Source: an uncultured Burkholderiaceae bacterium
GTDB lineage: Bacteria; Pseudomonadota; Gammaproteobacteria; Burkholderiales; Burkholderiaceae_C
Length of the DNA stretch: 64,000 nucleotides
Direction of reading: 5' to 3'
Assembly (NCBI GenBank): GCA_964371405.1
Contig: CAYJLV010000022.1
Span: 1,227-65,226, forward strand
Position 1 is the first letter of the stretch; the number at the start of each line of letters is the position of its first letter. Positions 14,009 through 27,303 of the stretch are shown piece by piece. Position numbers and translations under genes: made by a program. The notes below the pieces were generated by a model. That model made no database searches. It was not told the DNA's origin and saw only the letters and a program-made list of their open reading frames with translations.

Positions 14009-15544
14009 TCACGCGAAGCGCCCCTGCAGGTACCAGCCCTGCACCTGCTGCGCCGCCGACAGCGGCAGCCGGCCGCGGAACACCCACACCAGCGAGCCGT
14101 CGGCGGCCTGCGCAATGAAGTAGTCGCGCGCGGCGGGCGCGCCGTCCCACCACCCGGTCTCGATGCGCTCGGGGCCGCACAGCAGTTGCAGCGGCGCGCC
14201 GTCGAGCAGCGGCAGGTCGCGCCGCTCGGCCAGCGGTTCGGGCTCGGGCAGCAGCCAGGCCGGCCGCGAGGTGCGCGGCGTGCCGCGCGGCGGCGCGCGG
14301 CGCGCGGCAGCATCGCCGGCCGCGACAGGCAACGCCGCGCCGGCACGCTCGGGGCGGTGGTCTTCGATGCGCGCGAGCCGCTGCACCTGCTGCGCGCCCA
14401 GCCGCGCCTGCAGACGCTCGATCAGGCGCAGCAGCCCTTCGCTCTCGCCGGCCGGCGCGGCGAACAACTGCCCGTTGGGCGGCGCGGCATGCACGATGTC
14501 GCTGCACTGCAGATGCAGCTCGAACGCCGGCGCGGCGAGCTGCATGCGCGCCAGGTGCTCGCGCAGCAGCAACTGCAGATGGGCTGCGTCGCACGACGGT
14601 TCGGCCAGCGCGATCTCGAGGCGCGTCGGCGGCTGCGCCGCGCCGCGCTGCCGCGACTCGTGCCGCAGGCTCAGCGTGCAGCGGCGCACGCGTGCCTGCT
14701 GCGCCTGCGCCCACGCCACCAGGCGCTGCAGCAGCACGCCGGCGCCGTGCACGAGCTGCGAACTCGTGTCGGCGCGCTCCCACAGCTCGAGCCGGCTCTC
14801 GAAGACGGCAGGCGGCACGACCCGGCAGCGCGGATCGGGGGCGGCGCCGAGCGCGCGGTCGAGCTCGTCGAGCAGCGCCGCGCCGAAACGGCGCGCCAGC
14901 CCGGCGCGCGGCAGGCGCAGCAGATCGCCGACGCTGCACAGCCCCATGCCCTGCAGTGCGTCCCAGTGCTGCCGGCCAGGGCCGAGCAGGTGCACCGGCA
15001 GATCGGCCAGCCTCCGGCGCAACGCCGCCTGGTCGGCGCAATGCAGCGGCTCGGGCGCTGCCGCCGTCGCATCGCCGTGCAGGCCGATGCTGCGCGCCAG
15101 CCAGTCCGCCGCCTGCGCCGTCGGCGCGCTGGCGATGCAGACACGGTGGCCGAGCGGCGCGAACGCAGCGCGCAAGCGCTGCAGCAGCCGCTCGCGCCCG
15201 CCGAAGCAGCGCAGGCTGGCCTGCACTTCCATCAGCACCAGCGACCGATCGGGCGGCGCCAGCGTGACGGCAGGGGTGAAGGCCAGCGCCGCATGCGCCA
15301 CGCCGGCCAGCGCCTGCGCGTCGCGCTGCGCGTCGGCTTGGCCGATGCGCAGCTGCGGCGCCAGCGCGAGCGCCGTCGCGCGGCGCATGCCGGGCCGGAT
15401 GCCGAGGTGCTGTGCAGCGGCGCTGGCCTGCACAACGCGCAGGTCGTCGAGCAGCGCCAGCGGCTCGACCCGCGCTTCGGCCGGCAGCGATGCCGCAAAG
15501 GTTTCCAGCGGCAATGCGGGCAGGTGCAGGCCGATCCACAGCAT
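14009..15544 (-). CDS. imuB: Y-family polymerase-like protein ImuB
   Basis: Start set at ATG 15544 (MLWIGLHLPALPLETF), a typical ImuB N-terminus. The longer ORF reaching 16117 overlaps imuA. Confidence 0.85.
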   Translation of the reverse strand: MLWIGLHLPALPLETFAASLPAEARVEPLALLDDLRVVQASAAAQHLGIRPGMRRATALALAPQLRIGQADAQRDAQALAGVAHAALAFTPAVTLAPPDRSLVLMEVQASLRCFGGRERLLQRLRAAFAPLGHRVCIASAPTAQAADWLARSIGLHGDATAAAPEPLHCADQAALRRRLADLPVHLLGPGRQHWDALQGMGLCSVGDLLRLPRAGLARRFGAALLDELDRALGAAPDPRCRVVPPAVFESRLELWERADTSSQLVHGAGVLLQRLVAWAQAQQARVRRCTLSLRHESRQRGAAQPPTRLEIALAEPSCDAAHLQLLLREHLARMQLAAPAFELHLQCSDIVHAAPPNGQLFAAPAGESEGLLRLIERLQARLGAQQVQRLARIEDHRPERAGAALPVAAGDAAARRAPPRGTPRTSRPAWLLPEPEPLAERRDLPLLDGAPLQLLCGPERIETGWWDGAPAARDYFIAQAADGSLVWVFRGRLPLSAAQQVQGWYLQGRFA

Positions 15545-15566
15545 GGCGAAAGGCCCATCGCAATCG

Positions 15567-16310
15567 TCAAGCGGTGTGCGCCGGCTCGGCCCGCGCGGCC
15601 TCGCGCGCCGCCAGCGACGCGGCCACCGGCGCCGGCAGGACGGCCGGCAGCGACAGCATGAGCGGCTGTGCCAGCGGGGGACCGCGGCGCTTGAGCACGC
15701 GCACGGCCAGCCGGTCGGCGCCGGCGCAGCGCAGCGCCAGCCGCAGCGGCGCGGCGCTCGGCCGCTCGGCGGCGGCGGCTTCGCGCAGCACGAAGGCCGG
15801 CCCGTCGTGTGCCTGCGCCGCGAGTTGCAGCCGGCGCAGCCGCTCGGCGCGCAGGCGCGGCGGCAGCCAGGCCAGCACGGCACCGACATGGCCGCTCGCG
15901 AGCGCCCGCTCGAGCGCCCAGGCGGTATCACCGCCGCCATCAGGACGGGCCGGCTGCGCGGGCCGCGTGCTGACGATGAGCAGCCGTTCGGACTCGATGC
16001 CCCATTGCGCCAGCGCCCAGCCCGACAGCGCCGCCGGCGGATCGAACAGCATCGCGCTGCGCCCCTCGCGCAGCGTCGCGGCCAGGCAGGGGCTGAGCAG
16101 GCGGATCTCGCCGACACCGGCGTGCGGCAGCAACAGCTCCGTCAGCGCGGCGCGCGGCCAGCCGCCGCCGGGCAGTTGCGCGTCGAGCCCGGGGTAGCCG
16201 CTGGGCAGGGCTCGCGCACCACCGCCGCCGAGCTGGTGGGCGCGCCACAGCGCAGGGTGCAGGGATTCGAGACGCTCGGCCGGCGCCACGGTGACTTCGG
16301 AAGGGTTCAT
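15567..16310 (-). CDS. imuA: RecA/SulA-like SOS cell-division inhibitor-type protein ImuA
   Basis: LHPALWRAHQLG...SGYPGLDAQLPGGGWPRAALTELL is typical of ImuA. It is the first gene of the cassette. Confidence 0.8.
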   Translation of the reverse strand: MNPSEVTVAPAERLESLHPALWRAHQLGGGGARALPSGYPGLDAQLPGGGWPRAALTELLLPHAGVGEIRLLSPCLAATLREGRSAMLFDPPAALSGWALAQWGIESERLLIVSTRPAQPARPDGGGDTAWALERALASGHVGAVLAWLPPRLRAERLRRLQLAAQAHDGPAFVLREAAAAERPSAAPLRLALRCAGADRLAVRVLKRRGPPLAQPLMLSLPAVLPAPVAASLAAREAARAEPAHTA

Positions 16311-16319
16311 CGTCGGAAA

Positions 16320-16335
16320 CTGTATATTTATACAG
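16320..16335 (-). promoter_or_regulatory. LexA (SOS) box
   Basis: CTGTATATTTATACAG fits CTGT-N8-ACAG. It lies 9 nt upstream of the imuA ATG. Confidence 0.8.
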
Positions 16336-16385
16336 CATCCGGAACCCCGTGATTGCCCAGGATTGCGGCGGGCGTGTCGCGGCGG

Positions 16386-17708
16386 TCAGCCGATCATTCC
16401 GGGCAGCGCCGTGGCGATCGCGGGGAACCAGAACACCGCCGCCAGCAGCAGCAGGCTCATCGCCACGTAGGGCACGACGGCGCGAAAAATGTGCGCCATC
16501 GTCACTTCGGGCGGTGCGACGCCGCGCATCGTCATCAGCAGCAGGCCGTGCGGCGGCAGCAGCAGGCCGAGCTGCATGCAGATCAGGAACATGACGCCGA
16601 ACCAGATCGGGTCGATCGCCAGTGCCTGCACGATCGGCATGAAGATCGGCAGCGTGATCATCATCATGCTGACCTGGTCGATGAAGACGCCCAGGAAGAT
16701 CAGCAGCAGCATCATGCCGACGACGATCATCGGCGTCGACAGTCCCTGGCCGGTGATGAACTGCACCAGCCCGTTGCTCGCACCCGAGAACGACAGGATC
16801 TGCGCGAACGTCGTGGCGCCGAGGATGATGAACAGGATCATCCCCGAGATGCCGGCCGTGCCCTTGAGCGCCCTGAGCATCGCATCGGCGCTGAGCGCCC
16901 GGTAGGCCATCGCGAGCACGACGGTGGCGAAGGCGCCGAGCGCGGCGCACTCGGTGGGTGTGGCCCAGCCTGCCGCCAGCGCGCCGACGACGACGCCGAA
17001 GATCGACAGCGTCGGCAGCACGTAGCGCACGAACGGGCTCCAGCGCTGCCAGCCGCGGTACTCGACGGCGTCGTCCGCCGCCCCCGGCGCGAGGCCGGGC
17101 TTCGTGCGCACGCGCACGACGATCCACAGCACGAACGCGATCGACAGGATCACGCCGGGCAGCACGCCGCCGATCAGCAGCTTGGAGATCGAGATGCCCG
17201 ACAGCGACCCGAGCAGCACGGTCAGCGCCGACGGCGGAATCAGCATGTCGACGGCGCCGATCGCCATCAGCGGGCCGGTCGCCAGCGTCGGGTGATAGCC
17301 GCGCGCCAGCATGATCGGCAGCATCAGCGAGCCGAGCATCGCCGTCGTCGCGATCGTCGAGCCCGAGATCGCCGAGAACACGGTACCGGCCACGACGGCG
17401 ACGACGGCGAGCCGCCCCGGCACGCGGCGGATCAGGCGCTCGACGCCCTCGATCACCTTCAGCGCGAGGCCGGTGTGGAACAGCACCTCGCCCATCAGCA
17501 CGAACAGCGGGATCGGCGTCAGCGAGAACGCCGTCACCGAGCCGACGCTGCTGCGCGCGAGCTGCACCAGCCCCGATTCGCCGCCCATGTAGATCCAGGC
17601 ACCGACGAGGTTGACGGCGATGAAGGTCAGCGCGACCGGCATGCCGATGAACAGCAGCACGGTCGAGCCGCCCAGCATCATCGCGGCAGCGAACCCCCAG
17701 CCGCTCAT
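16386..17708 (-). CDS. dctM: TRAP transporter large permease subunit
   Basis: 440-aa polytopic membrane protein with DctM-like sequence, adjacent to the dctQ and dctP genes. Confidence 0.9.
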   Translation of the reverse strand: MSGWGFAAAMMLGGSTVLLFIGMPVALTFIAVNLVGAWIYMGGESGLVQLARSSVGSVTAFSLTPIPLFVLMGEVLFHTGLALKVIEGVERLIRRVPGRLAVVAVVAGTVFSAISGSTIATTAMLGSLMLPIMLARGYHPTLATGPLMAIGAVDMLIPPSALTVLLGSLSGISISKLLIGGVLPGVILSIAFVLWIVVRVRTKPGLAPGAADDAVEYRGWQRWSPFVRYVLPTLSIFGVVVGALAAGWATPTECAALGAFATVVLAMAYRALSADAMLRALKGTAGISGMILFIILGATTFAQILSFSGASNGLVQFITGQGLSTPMIVVGMMLLLIFLGVFIDQVSMMMITLPIFMPIVQALAIDPIWFGVMFLICMQLGLLLPPHGLLLMTMRGVAPPEVTMAHIFRAVVPYVAMSLLLLAAVFWFPAIATALPGMIG

Positions 17709-17777
17709 AGGGCATCCTCCGGCCTGGCGGCCTGCGGAATTCGCCTGGGGGCGGCCCGGCGGCTCATCGAAGCCCCC

Positions 17778-20846
<3,069 letters not shown>

Positions 20847-20850
<4 letters not shown>

Positions 20851-23006
20851 GCCGCGAGCCCTTCGAGACGCCGTGCCGCGCGCCGCTGCAGCCAGCCGAT
20901 GACGGCGACGCGCACGCGCTGGCGCCAGCGATCCCACGCCGTCGGGTTGTTCACGATCGCAGCGCGGTAGAACGAGGGGCACAGCACGGCCGCGTGCGCG
21001 ACTTCGCCGCACAAGCCGCAGCCGACGCAGGAGTCGATGACGCTGGCCACCGGGTCGCGGCGCAGCGGATCGGGGTTGGGCCGGATCGTCAGCGACGGGC
21101 AGCCCGAGAGGCGGATGCAGGAGTGGTCGCCGGTGCAGGTGTCGGGGTCGACGCCGTAGCGCTCGCGCACGACGCGCTGCCCGGCCTGGATCGCCCGGTG
21201 CATGGCCGGTCGCTCGCGACGCTGCCGGTTGAGCATGCATTCGCTCGACGCGACGATCACCTTCGGCCCCGCGGCGCGCGTCGTCAGCGCCTCGCGCAGC
21301 GCGCCGCGCATGCGCTCGAGGCTGTAGGTGTGCGTGACGCTGCGCACCCAGTCGACGCCCACGCCGCGCACCGCCTGCTCGATCGCGTGGTGCGTGCTGC
21401 GGATCGGGTTGTCGGCCTTCGACGACAGCACGTCCTGCCCGCCGGTCGCGGCCGCGTAGCCGTTGTCGACGACGAGCAGCACGTTGTCGCTGCGGTTGAA
21501 GACGGCGTTGCCGACGCCGCTGGTCAGCCCGTTGTGCCAGAAGCCGCCGTCGCCCATGATCGACAGCGTGCGCCGGCTCGTCTCGCGCGTGCCGAGCGCC
21601 GACGCGCCGGCCCAGCCCAGGCCGTAGCCCATCGTCGTCGCGCCGATATCGAACGGCGGCAGGATCGAGAACAGGTGGCAGCCGATGTCGCAGCTGACGT
21701 GGTGGTGGGCCCCCAGTTCGCGCTCGACGAGCTTGATCGCGGTGAAGATCGGCCGCTCCGGGCAGCCGGTGCAGAACGTCGGCGGCCGCGGCTGCACCTG
21801 CCCGACGGCGCGTCCGATCACAGGCGCGAGGGGCGCGGCATCGAGCGCCGCCGGCAGCGCGGTGCCGGCGAGCCGCTCGGGCGCGTAGCGCTCGACGAAG
21901 CGCGCGACACCCTGCACGACGACGGCGCCGGTGTATTCGCCGGCCATCGTGAACAGGTCCTTGCCGTGCACCTGCGTCGGCAGGCCCGCCCTGCGCAGCA
22001 CGGCGTGCAGCGCCTGCTCGATGAAGTCGGGCTGCCCCTCCTCGACGAGCAGCACGGCGCGCTTGCCGGCGCAGAAGCGCTCGAGCTCGGCGTCGACCAG
22101 CGGATAGGTGACGTTGAGCACGTACAGCGGCAGCTGCGTGTTGCCGAACGCGTCGGCCAGGCCGAGCAGCTCGAGCGCGCGCAGCACGCCGTTGTAGAGC
22201 CCGCCCTGCATCACGATGCCGAAGTCCAGCGCGTCCTCGGCGAAGAACTCGTTGAGACCGCGCTCGCGGATGAAGCGCACCGCCGCGGGCCAGCGCTGCG
22301 CGATCTTCTCCTGCTCGTGCAGATAGGTGGCGGGCGGCAGCGCGATGCGGTTCACGTCGCGCCGCGGCTGCTCGATCGCGTCCTTCAGCGTGAATGCGGC
22401 GCGGCGATTGCGGCGCGTGGCGAAGCGCCCGTGCACGTGGCAGGCGCGGATGCGCAGCTCGAGCATCACCGGCGTGCGGCTCGCCTCGGACAGCTCGAAG
22501 CCCTGCTCGACCGCCGCGACGATCGACGGCAGGTCGGGCCGCGGGTCGAGCAGCCACACCTGCGACTTCATCGCGAAGGCGTGCGAGCGCTCCTGCATGA
22601 TGCTCGAGCCCTCGCCGTAGTCCTCGCCGACGATCAGCAGCGCGCCGCCCGTCACACCGCCCGACGCCAGGTTGGCCAGCGCATCGGACGCGACGTTGGT
22701 GCCGACCGTCGACTTGAAAGTCACCGCGCCGCGCAGCGGATAATTGACCGACGCCGCCAGCGCGGCCGTCGCAGCCGCCTCCGACGCACTGTGCTCGAAG
22801 TGCACGCCGAGCTCGTCGAGGATGTCCTGCGCGTCGTTGAGCACGTCCATCAGGTGCGAGATCGGCGCGCCCTGGTAGCCGGCGACGTACGACACGCCCG
22901 ACTGCAGCAACGCCTTCGTCACGGCAAGGATGCCTTCGCCGCGGAATTCTTCGCCGTCGCCGAGGCGCAGCTGGGTCACTTCCGACTTGAAGGAGCGTTC
23001 GGCCAT
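20847..23006 (-). CDS. iorA: indolepyruvate ferredoxin oxidoreductase subunit alpha
   Basis: 719 aa. TPP-binding region (GDGGFWHNG) and C-terminal ferredoxin-type Cys clusters (CTGDHSC, CVGCGLC). Confidence 0.9.
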
Positions 23007-23131
23007 GGCGCGGAATCGTCAGGAGCAGCCACTCTAGGCATGCCAGGGGTCGTTTGCGAAACGGATTGTCTGAATGGGGCGCATTGATCTCATGAATAAT
23101 CCGGTGCAACCCGTAGGGGTTCGCCGCCGCC

Positions 23132-24085
23132 ATGAACTTCCGTCAACTCGACCTCAACCTGCTGCGCGTGCTGGCCGCGATCCACCGCACCCGCTCGGTG
23201 ACGCAGGCCGGCAAGGCGCTCGCGCTGTCGCAGTCGGCGACCAGCAACGCACTGGCGCGGCTGCGCCGCTACTTCGACGACGAGCTGTTCGTGCGCTCGC
23301 CCGGCGGTCTGCAGCCGACGCGGCGTTGTGAACTCGTCGCGCCCGCAGTGCTGGAGCATCTGCGGATGCTCGAGACGCTGCTCACCGGGCAGGAAGACTT
23401 CGACGCGGCCAGCAGCGAGATGCAGTGGCGGCTGTCGCTGTCCGACCTGGGCGAGTTGTTGTTCCTGCCGGCGCTGGCGGCGGCGCTGCGCACGCGCGCG
23501 CCGCACACGCAACTGTCGAACGTGTCGGTGCCGGCGGCCGGCGTTCCGGCCGCACTGGAGGCACGCGAGATCGACTGCGCGATCGGCATCCTCCAGGCGC
23601 GCCATCGGGACCTGCGCGCCGACCTGCTGTTTCGCGAGCAGTACATGGTGCTCACCTCGCCAGGCTGGCGCCCGGCAAGCGGGCGTGCCGGGCGCGTGCT
23701 GGCGCCCGCCCAGCTGGCCGAGGCCTCGATCGTGGTCGCGTCGCCGACGGCGACGTTTCACGACAGCGTCGAGCTGATGCTCACGAAGATGAAGCTGGCG
23801 CACCGCGTCGCCGTGCGCGCGCGCCACTTCGGCGCGCTGCCCGAGCTGGCGCGCTCGACCGACCTGCTGGCGATCGTTCCCGACATGTATGCCCGCAAGC
23901 TGGGCGAACGCTACGATCTGCGGCGGTGGCGACTGGCGCAGGCGCCGCACTACGACGTGCAACTGGTCTGGCACGCCAGCACGGCGCGCGACCCGGCGCA
24001 CCAGTGGATGCGCGCGCTGATCCGCCGCCTGTTCGGCCGGACGCCGCCGACGCAGCCGTGGAAGGCGCCGGCCGGCGACCCCTGA
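23132..24085 (+). CDS. LysR family transcriptional regulator
   Basis: The N-terminal HTH MNFRQLDLNLLRVLAAIHRTRSVTQAGKALALSQSATSNALARLR is typical of LysR. It is divergent from iorA. Confidence 0.9.
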   Translation: MNFRQLDLNLLRVLAAIHRTRSVTQAGKALALSQSATSNALARLRRYFDDELFVRSPGGLQPTRRCELVAPAVLEHLRMLETLLTGQEDFDAASSEMQWRLSLSDLGELLFLPALAAALRTRAPHTQLSNVSVPAAGVPAALEAREIDCAIGILQARHRDLRADLLFREQYMVLTSPGWRPASGRAGRVLAPAQLAEASIVVASPTATFHDSVELMLTKMKLAHRVAVRARHFGALPELARSTDLLAIVPDMYARKLGERYDLRRWRLAQAPHYDVQLVWHASTARDPAHQWMRALIRRLFGRTPPTQPWKAPAGDP

Positions 24086-24167
24086 TGCCGGGGCCATCGC
24101 CTGCACCGGCGGCGTAAAGCGGCGAAGATGGCGCGCAGCCACGCGATCCCGACGAAGGAGAACCTGC

Positions 24168-25685
24168 TTGACCGACCTGGAACGACGCCTGCGCGGCCTG
24201 GACCGCGCCCGCCTGCAGGGCATCCGGCGCGGCATCGAGAAGGAAAGCCTGCGCGCGCAGGCCGGAGGCCGGCTTGCGCTGACGCCGCATCCGGCCGCGC
24301 TGGGTTCCGCGCTGACGCACCCGAACATCACGACGGACTTCAGCGAGTCGCAGCTCGAGCTGGTGACGGGCGTCCACGCGAGCGCGACGGCCTGCCTCGA
24401 CGAGCTGACGCAGGTGCACCGCTTCGTCCATCAGGAGATCGGCGACGAACTGCTGTGGGCCGGCAGCATGCCGTGCGAGCTGCCGGGCGACGCGTCGATC
24501 CCGATCGCCCGCTACGGTGCTTCGAACATCGGCCGCGCCAAGAGCGTCTACCGCGAGGGCCTGAGCCACCGCTATGGCCGGCGCATGCAGACGATCTCGG
24601 GCCTCCACTACAACTGGTCGATGCCGGGCCTCTCGAGCGACGACTACTTCGGCCTGATCCGCAATTTCCGGCGCCACGCCTTCCTGCTGCTGGTCCTGTT
24701 CGGCGCGTCGCCCGCCGTCTGCGCGAGCTTCGTCGCCGGGCTCGAACACCGGCTCCGGCCGCTGGGCGACGACACGCTGCACCTGCCCGATGCGACGTCG
24801 CTGCGCATGGGGCGCCTGGGCTACCAGAGCGACGCGCAGGCCACGCTGGCGGTGAGCTACAACGGCCTCGACAGCTACGGCGCCTCGCTGCACGATGCGT
24901 TGACGCGCCCGTATCCGGCTTACGAGGCGCTCGGCCTGCGCGATGCCGACGGCGGGTACCGGCAGCTCGCCACCACGCTGCTGCAGATCGAGAACGAGTT
25001 CTACGGCACGATCCGGCCCAAGCGCGTCATCCGTTCTGGCGAGCGGCCGCTGCACGCGTTGCGCGAGCGTGGCGTCGAATACGTCGAAGTGCGCTGCATG
25101 GACCTCGACCCGTTCTCGCCGGTGGGCATCGAGGCCGCGACGCTGCGGATGCTCGACGTCTTCCTGCTGCACTGCCTGCTGTCCGACAGCCCGCCTGACA
25201 CCCCCGCCGAGATCGCCGCCGTGGCGCGCAACCAGCATCTCGTGGCGGAGCGCGGCCGCGACCCGCTGCTGCGGCTCGAACGCGGGGAGCAGTCGCTGCC
25301 GGTCGCCGAATGGGGCGCGCAGATTCTCGACGAATGCGCACCGGTCGCACGGGCGCTCGATGCTGCTGACGCGAACGGCGCCCACGCCGCCGCCCTCGCT
25401 TCGGCCACGCAGGCGCTGCGCGAACCCGGCCGTCTGCCGTCGGCGCGCGTGCTGGCCGCGATGCGCGAAGCCCACGGCGGCTCGCACCTGCGCTTCGTCG
25501 AGGCCTGTTCGCTGCGCGCACGCGACGCGCTGCGGCAGCCGCCGCTGCCCGCCGACCAGCGACTGCGCTTCGAGCGACTCGCGCGCGAGTCGCTGCAGGA
25601 GCAGCAAGGCATCGAAGCCGCGCAGACCATGGCGTTCGAGGCGTTCCGGCAGCACTACGTTTCGCCGCAGCGTCTGTCGCCTTGA
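24168..25685 (+). CDS. gshA: glutamate-cysteine ligase (proteobacterial type)
   Basis: TTG start. RGIEKESLR ... HPNITTDFSESQLELVTG is characteristic of GshA. 505 aa. Confidence 0.9.
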   Translation: MTDLERRLRGLDRARLQGIRRGIEKESLRAQAGGRLALTPHPAALGSALTHPNITTDFSESQLELVTGVHASATACLDELTQVHRFVHQEIGDELLWAGSMPCELPGDASIPIARYGASNIGRAKSVYREGLSHRYGRRMQTISGLHYNWSMPGLSSDDYFGLIRNFRRHAFLLLVLFGASPAVCASFVAGLEHRLRPLGDDTLHLPDATSLRMGRLGYQSDAQATLAVSYNGLDSYGASLHDALTRPYPAYEALGLRDADGGYRQLATTLLQIENEFYGTIRPKRVIRSGERPLHALRERGVEYVEVRCMDLDPFSPVGIEAATLRMLDVFLLHCLLSDSPPDTPAEIAAVARNQHLVAERGRDPLLRLERGEQSLPVAEWGAQILDECAPVARALDAADANGAHAAALASATQALREPGRLPSARVLAAMREAHGGSHLRFVEACSLRARDALRQPPLPADQRLRFERLARESLQEQQGIEAAQTMAFEAFRQHYVSPQRLSP

Positions 25686-25816
25686 GCGCCCGCAAACACG
25701 GGTCTCGACCAATCCCGCGCTGCCCGACGGCCCTGCTTGCGACCTGCGCGCGAGAGGCGCAGACTGCCCCTTCCACGGGGCCACGCCCGGGCCGCAGCCA
25801 ACACAGGAGTACGAGC

Positions 25817-26020
25817 ATGACCGTCGCGCGCATCACCGAGATCAGCAGCGTCAGCACCGTGAGCTTCCAGGACGCCATCGTGCAGGGCGTCGAGCGCGCC
25901 AACAAGACGCTCAAGAACGTCAAGGGCGCCTGGGTCAAGGACCAGGAAGTGACGATCGACAACGGCAAGGTCACCGGCTACAAGGTCATCCTGAAGGTCA
26001 CCTTCATCCTCTCCGACTGA
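25817..26020 (+). CDS. dodecin family flavin-binding protein
   Basis: 67 aa. ARITEISSVSTVSFQDAIVQGVERANKTLKNV...GYKVILKVTF resembles dodecins. AGGAG lies 8 nt upstream of ATG 25817. Confidence 0.8.
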   Translation: MTVARITEISSVSTVSFQDAIVQGVERANKTLKNVKGAWVKDQEVTIDNGKVTGYKVILKVTFILSD

Positions 26021-26085
26021 AGCCCGTCGCGCGGGCGCGCCGCAGTGCGCACGATCTGCCGACCGGCGCCGGCGGCTCCGCTGCG

Positions 26086-27117
26086 CTAGCGGATCGACGC
26101 GCAGGCCGACTGTCGCTGCGTCATCGACGGCAACTCGCCGAACTGGCGCTTGTACTCGGCCGAGAAGGCGCTCATGTGCCAGAAGCCCCAGCGCGCCGCG
26201 ATGTCGTGCACGGTGAAGTCGGCCCCGACCATGCGCTTGAGGTCGCGGCGCGCGCCGCACAGACGCACGGCGCGCAGATACTTGTGCGGAGAAAGGCCCA
26301 GCACGTCGCGAAAGCACAGTTCGAGCTTGCGCGGGCTGGTCCCGATCTGCTTGCAGACCTCCAGCGTCGTGAGCGGCCGGTCCGGCGTGCCCAGCACGAG
26401 TTCACAGGCGCGATCGACGATGCGCCGACGCGCCGCCACGCTGTGCAGGTCGCACAGCTCGATCGTCGACGGGATCGCCTCCAGCCATTCGACGAGCACG
26501 CTGTCGCGCAACTGGAGCGCCGTTTCGGGGATCTCCAGCAACGAAGGATCGGCCGCTATGGCCTCCAGCGCCCTCGAGTGCGCCGAGCGCGCGTAGCCGG
26601 CAGCCTTCGGCCGCGCCTGCACGACGACCTTGTGGTCCAGCCAGGTCGACCACGGCTTGTCGTAGAGCTGCTGCCACAGCGAACTGAGCAGGTCGGCGTC
26701 CACCACGATGGCGACCAGCAGCGAGTCCTGGCGCAGCGTCAGGTCCAGATCGTCGCCGCGGCCGATCAGGATGCTCTCGCCGTCGATGCGCTGGCCGTGG
26801 AAGTAGCCGTCGCCGGCCGGCGAATCGCAGATCGCGAACCCGATATGGCGCTCGCCGATCTGGCCGCGCTGCCGCGTCGCCTGACTCGCCGTTTCGCGGA
26901 CCAGCCGCAGGTCGGGCAGCTGGACGTGGCGCACCGCGGCCTTGAAGCGCCCCTGCGACAGCTGTTCGTAGCGCAGCTCCCAGCCGGCCTGCGCGGCCGC
27001 CAGCTCGTCGATGTCGTCGAGCTCGGCGGCGTGTGCCCAGGCCGGTGCAGCGGCGGCGGCCGACGGCTCCGCCGGCGCCGCTGCGGCATCGCTGGAGAGA
27101 GCGGGAAGGCTGGGCAT
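26086..27117 (-). CDS. AraC family transcriptional regulator (FeaR/AraC_binding_2-like N-terminus)
   Basis: C-terminal double HTH (TLEVCKQIGTSPRKLELCFR ... HDIAARWGFWHMSAFSAEYKRQFGELPS). Start set at ATG 27117. It is divergent from the DUF1329 operon. Confidence 0.85.
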   Translation of the reverse strand: MPSLPALSSDAAAAPAEPSAAAAAPAWAHAAELDDIDELAAAQAGWELRYEQLSQGRFKAAVRHVQLPDLRLVRETASQATRQRGQIGERHIGFAICDSPAGDGYFHGQRIDGESILIGRGDDLDLTLRQDSLLVAIVVDADLLSSLWQQLYDKPWSTWLDHKVVVQARPKAAGYARSAHSRALEAIAADPSLLEIPETALQLRDSVLVEWLEAIPSTIELCDLHSVAARRRIVDRACELVLGTPDRPLTTLEVCKQIGTSPRKLELCFRDVLGLSPHKYLRAVRLCGARRDLKRMVGADFTVHDIAARWGFWHMSAFSAEYKRQFGELPSMTQRQSACASIR

Positions 27118-27176
27118 GTTCACGTCCGGGAGGTGTCGCCGCACGGCAGTCGAAGTCGATTGCGGAGCCACGATGC

Positions 27177-27215
27177 GTGTTTACCCGAAAAGCGTTCTGC
27201 GGAGAATTGATAACG
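27177..27215 (+). promoter_or_regulatory. bipartite conserved motif, copy A (GTGTTTACCCGAA-N15-AATTGATAACG)
   Basis: Almost identical to nt 35353-35391. A -10-like TAAGGT lies 19 nt downstream (27235-27240). It sits in the AraC/DUF1329 divergent intergenic region. Confidence 0.6.
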
Positions 27216-27303
27216 ACCCGGATGCCTTGCCTCCTAAGGTCGCGGCTGTCGCTGTGCCCGGCCCGCGGGGGGCCGGGCAACCATCGCCCCAAGGAGATCA
27301 GGC

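Noticed and set aside
14009-16117. 702-aa version of imuB.
   Set aside because: The ImuB-like sequence starts at MLWIGLHLP (ATG 15544). The upstream 191 codons overlap imuA and are Arg/Cys/Pro-rich.
23083-23097. ATTGATCTCATGAAT (T-N11-A type) as a LysR box in the iorA/lysR divergent region.
   Set aside because: It fits only the loosest LysR consensus and is a single occurrence. It could easily be chance in the only A/T-rich patch of that intergenic region.
27216-27240. Possible sigma-54 (-24 GG / -12 GC) promoter in cGGatgccttGCc downstream of motif copy A.
   Set aside because: The GG-to-GC spacing is 7 nt, not about 10, and there is no TGGCAC/TTGC context. Copy B has no equivalent sequence.
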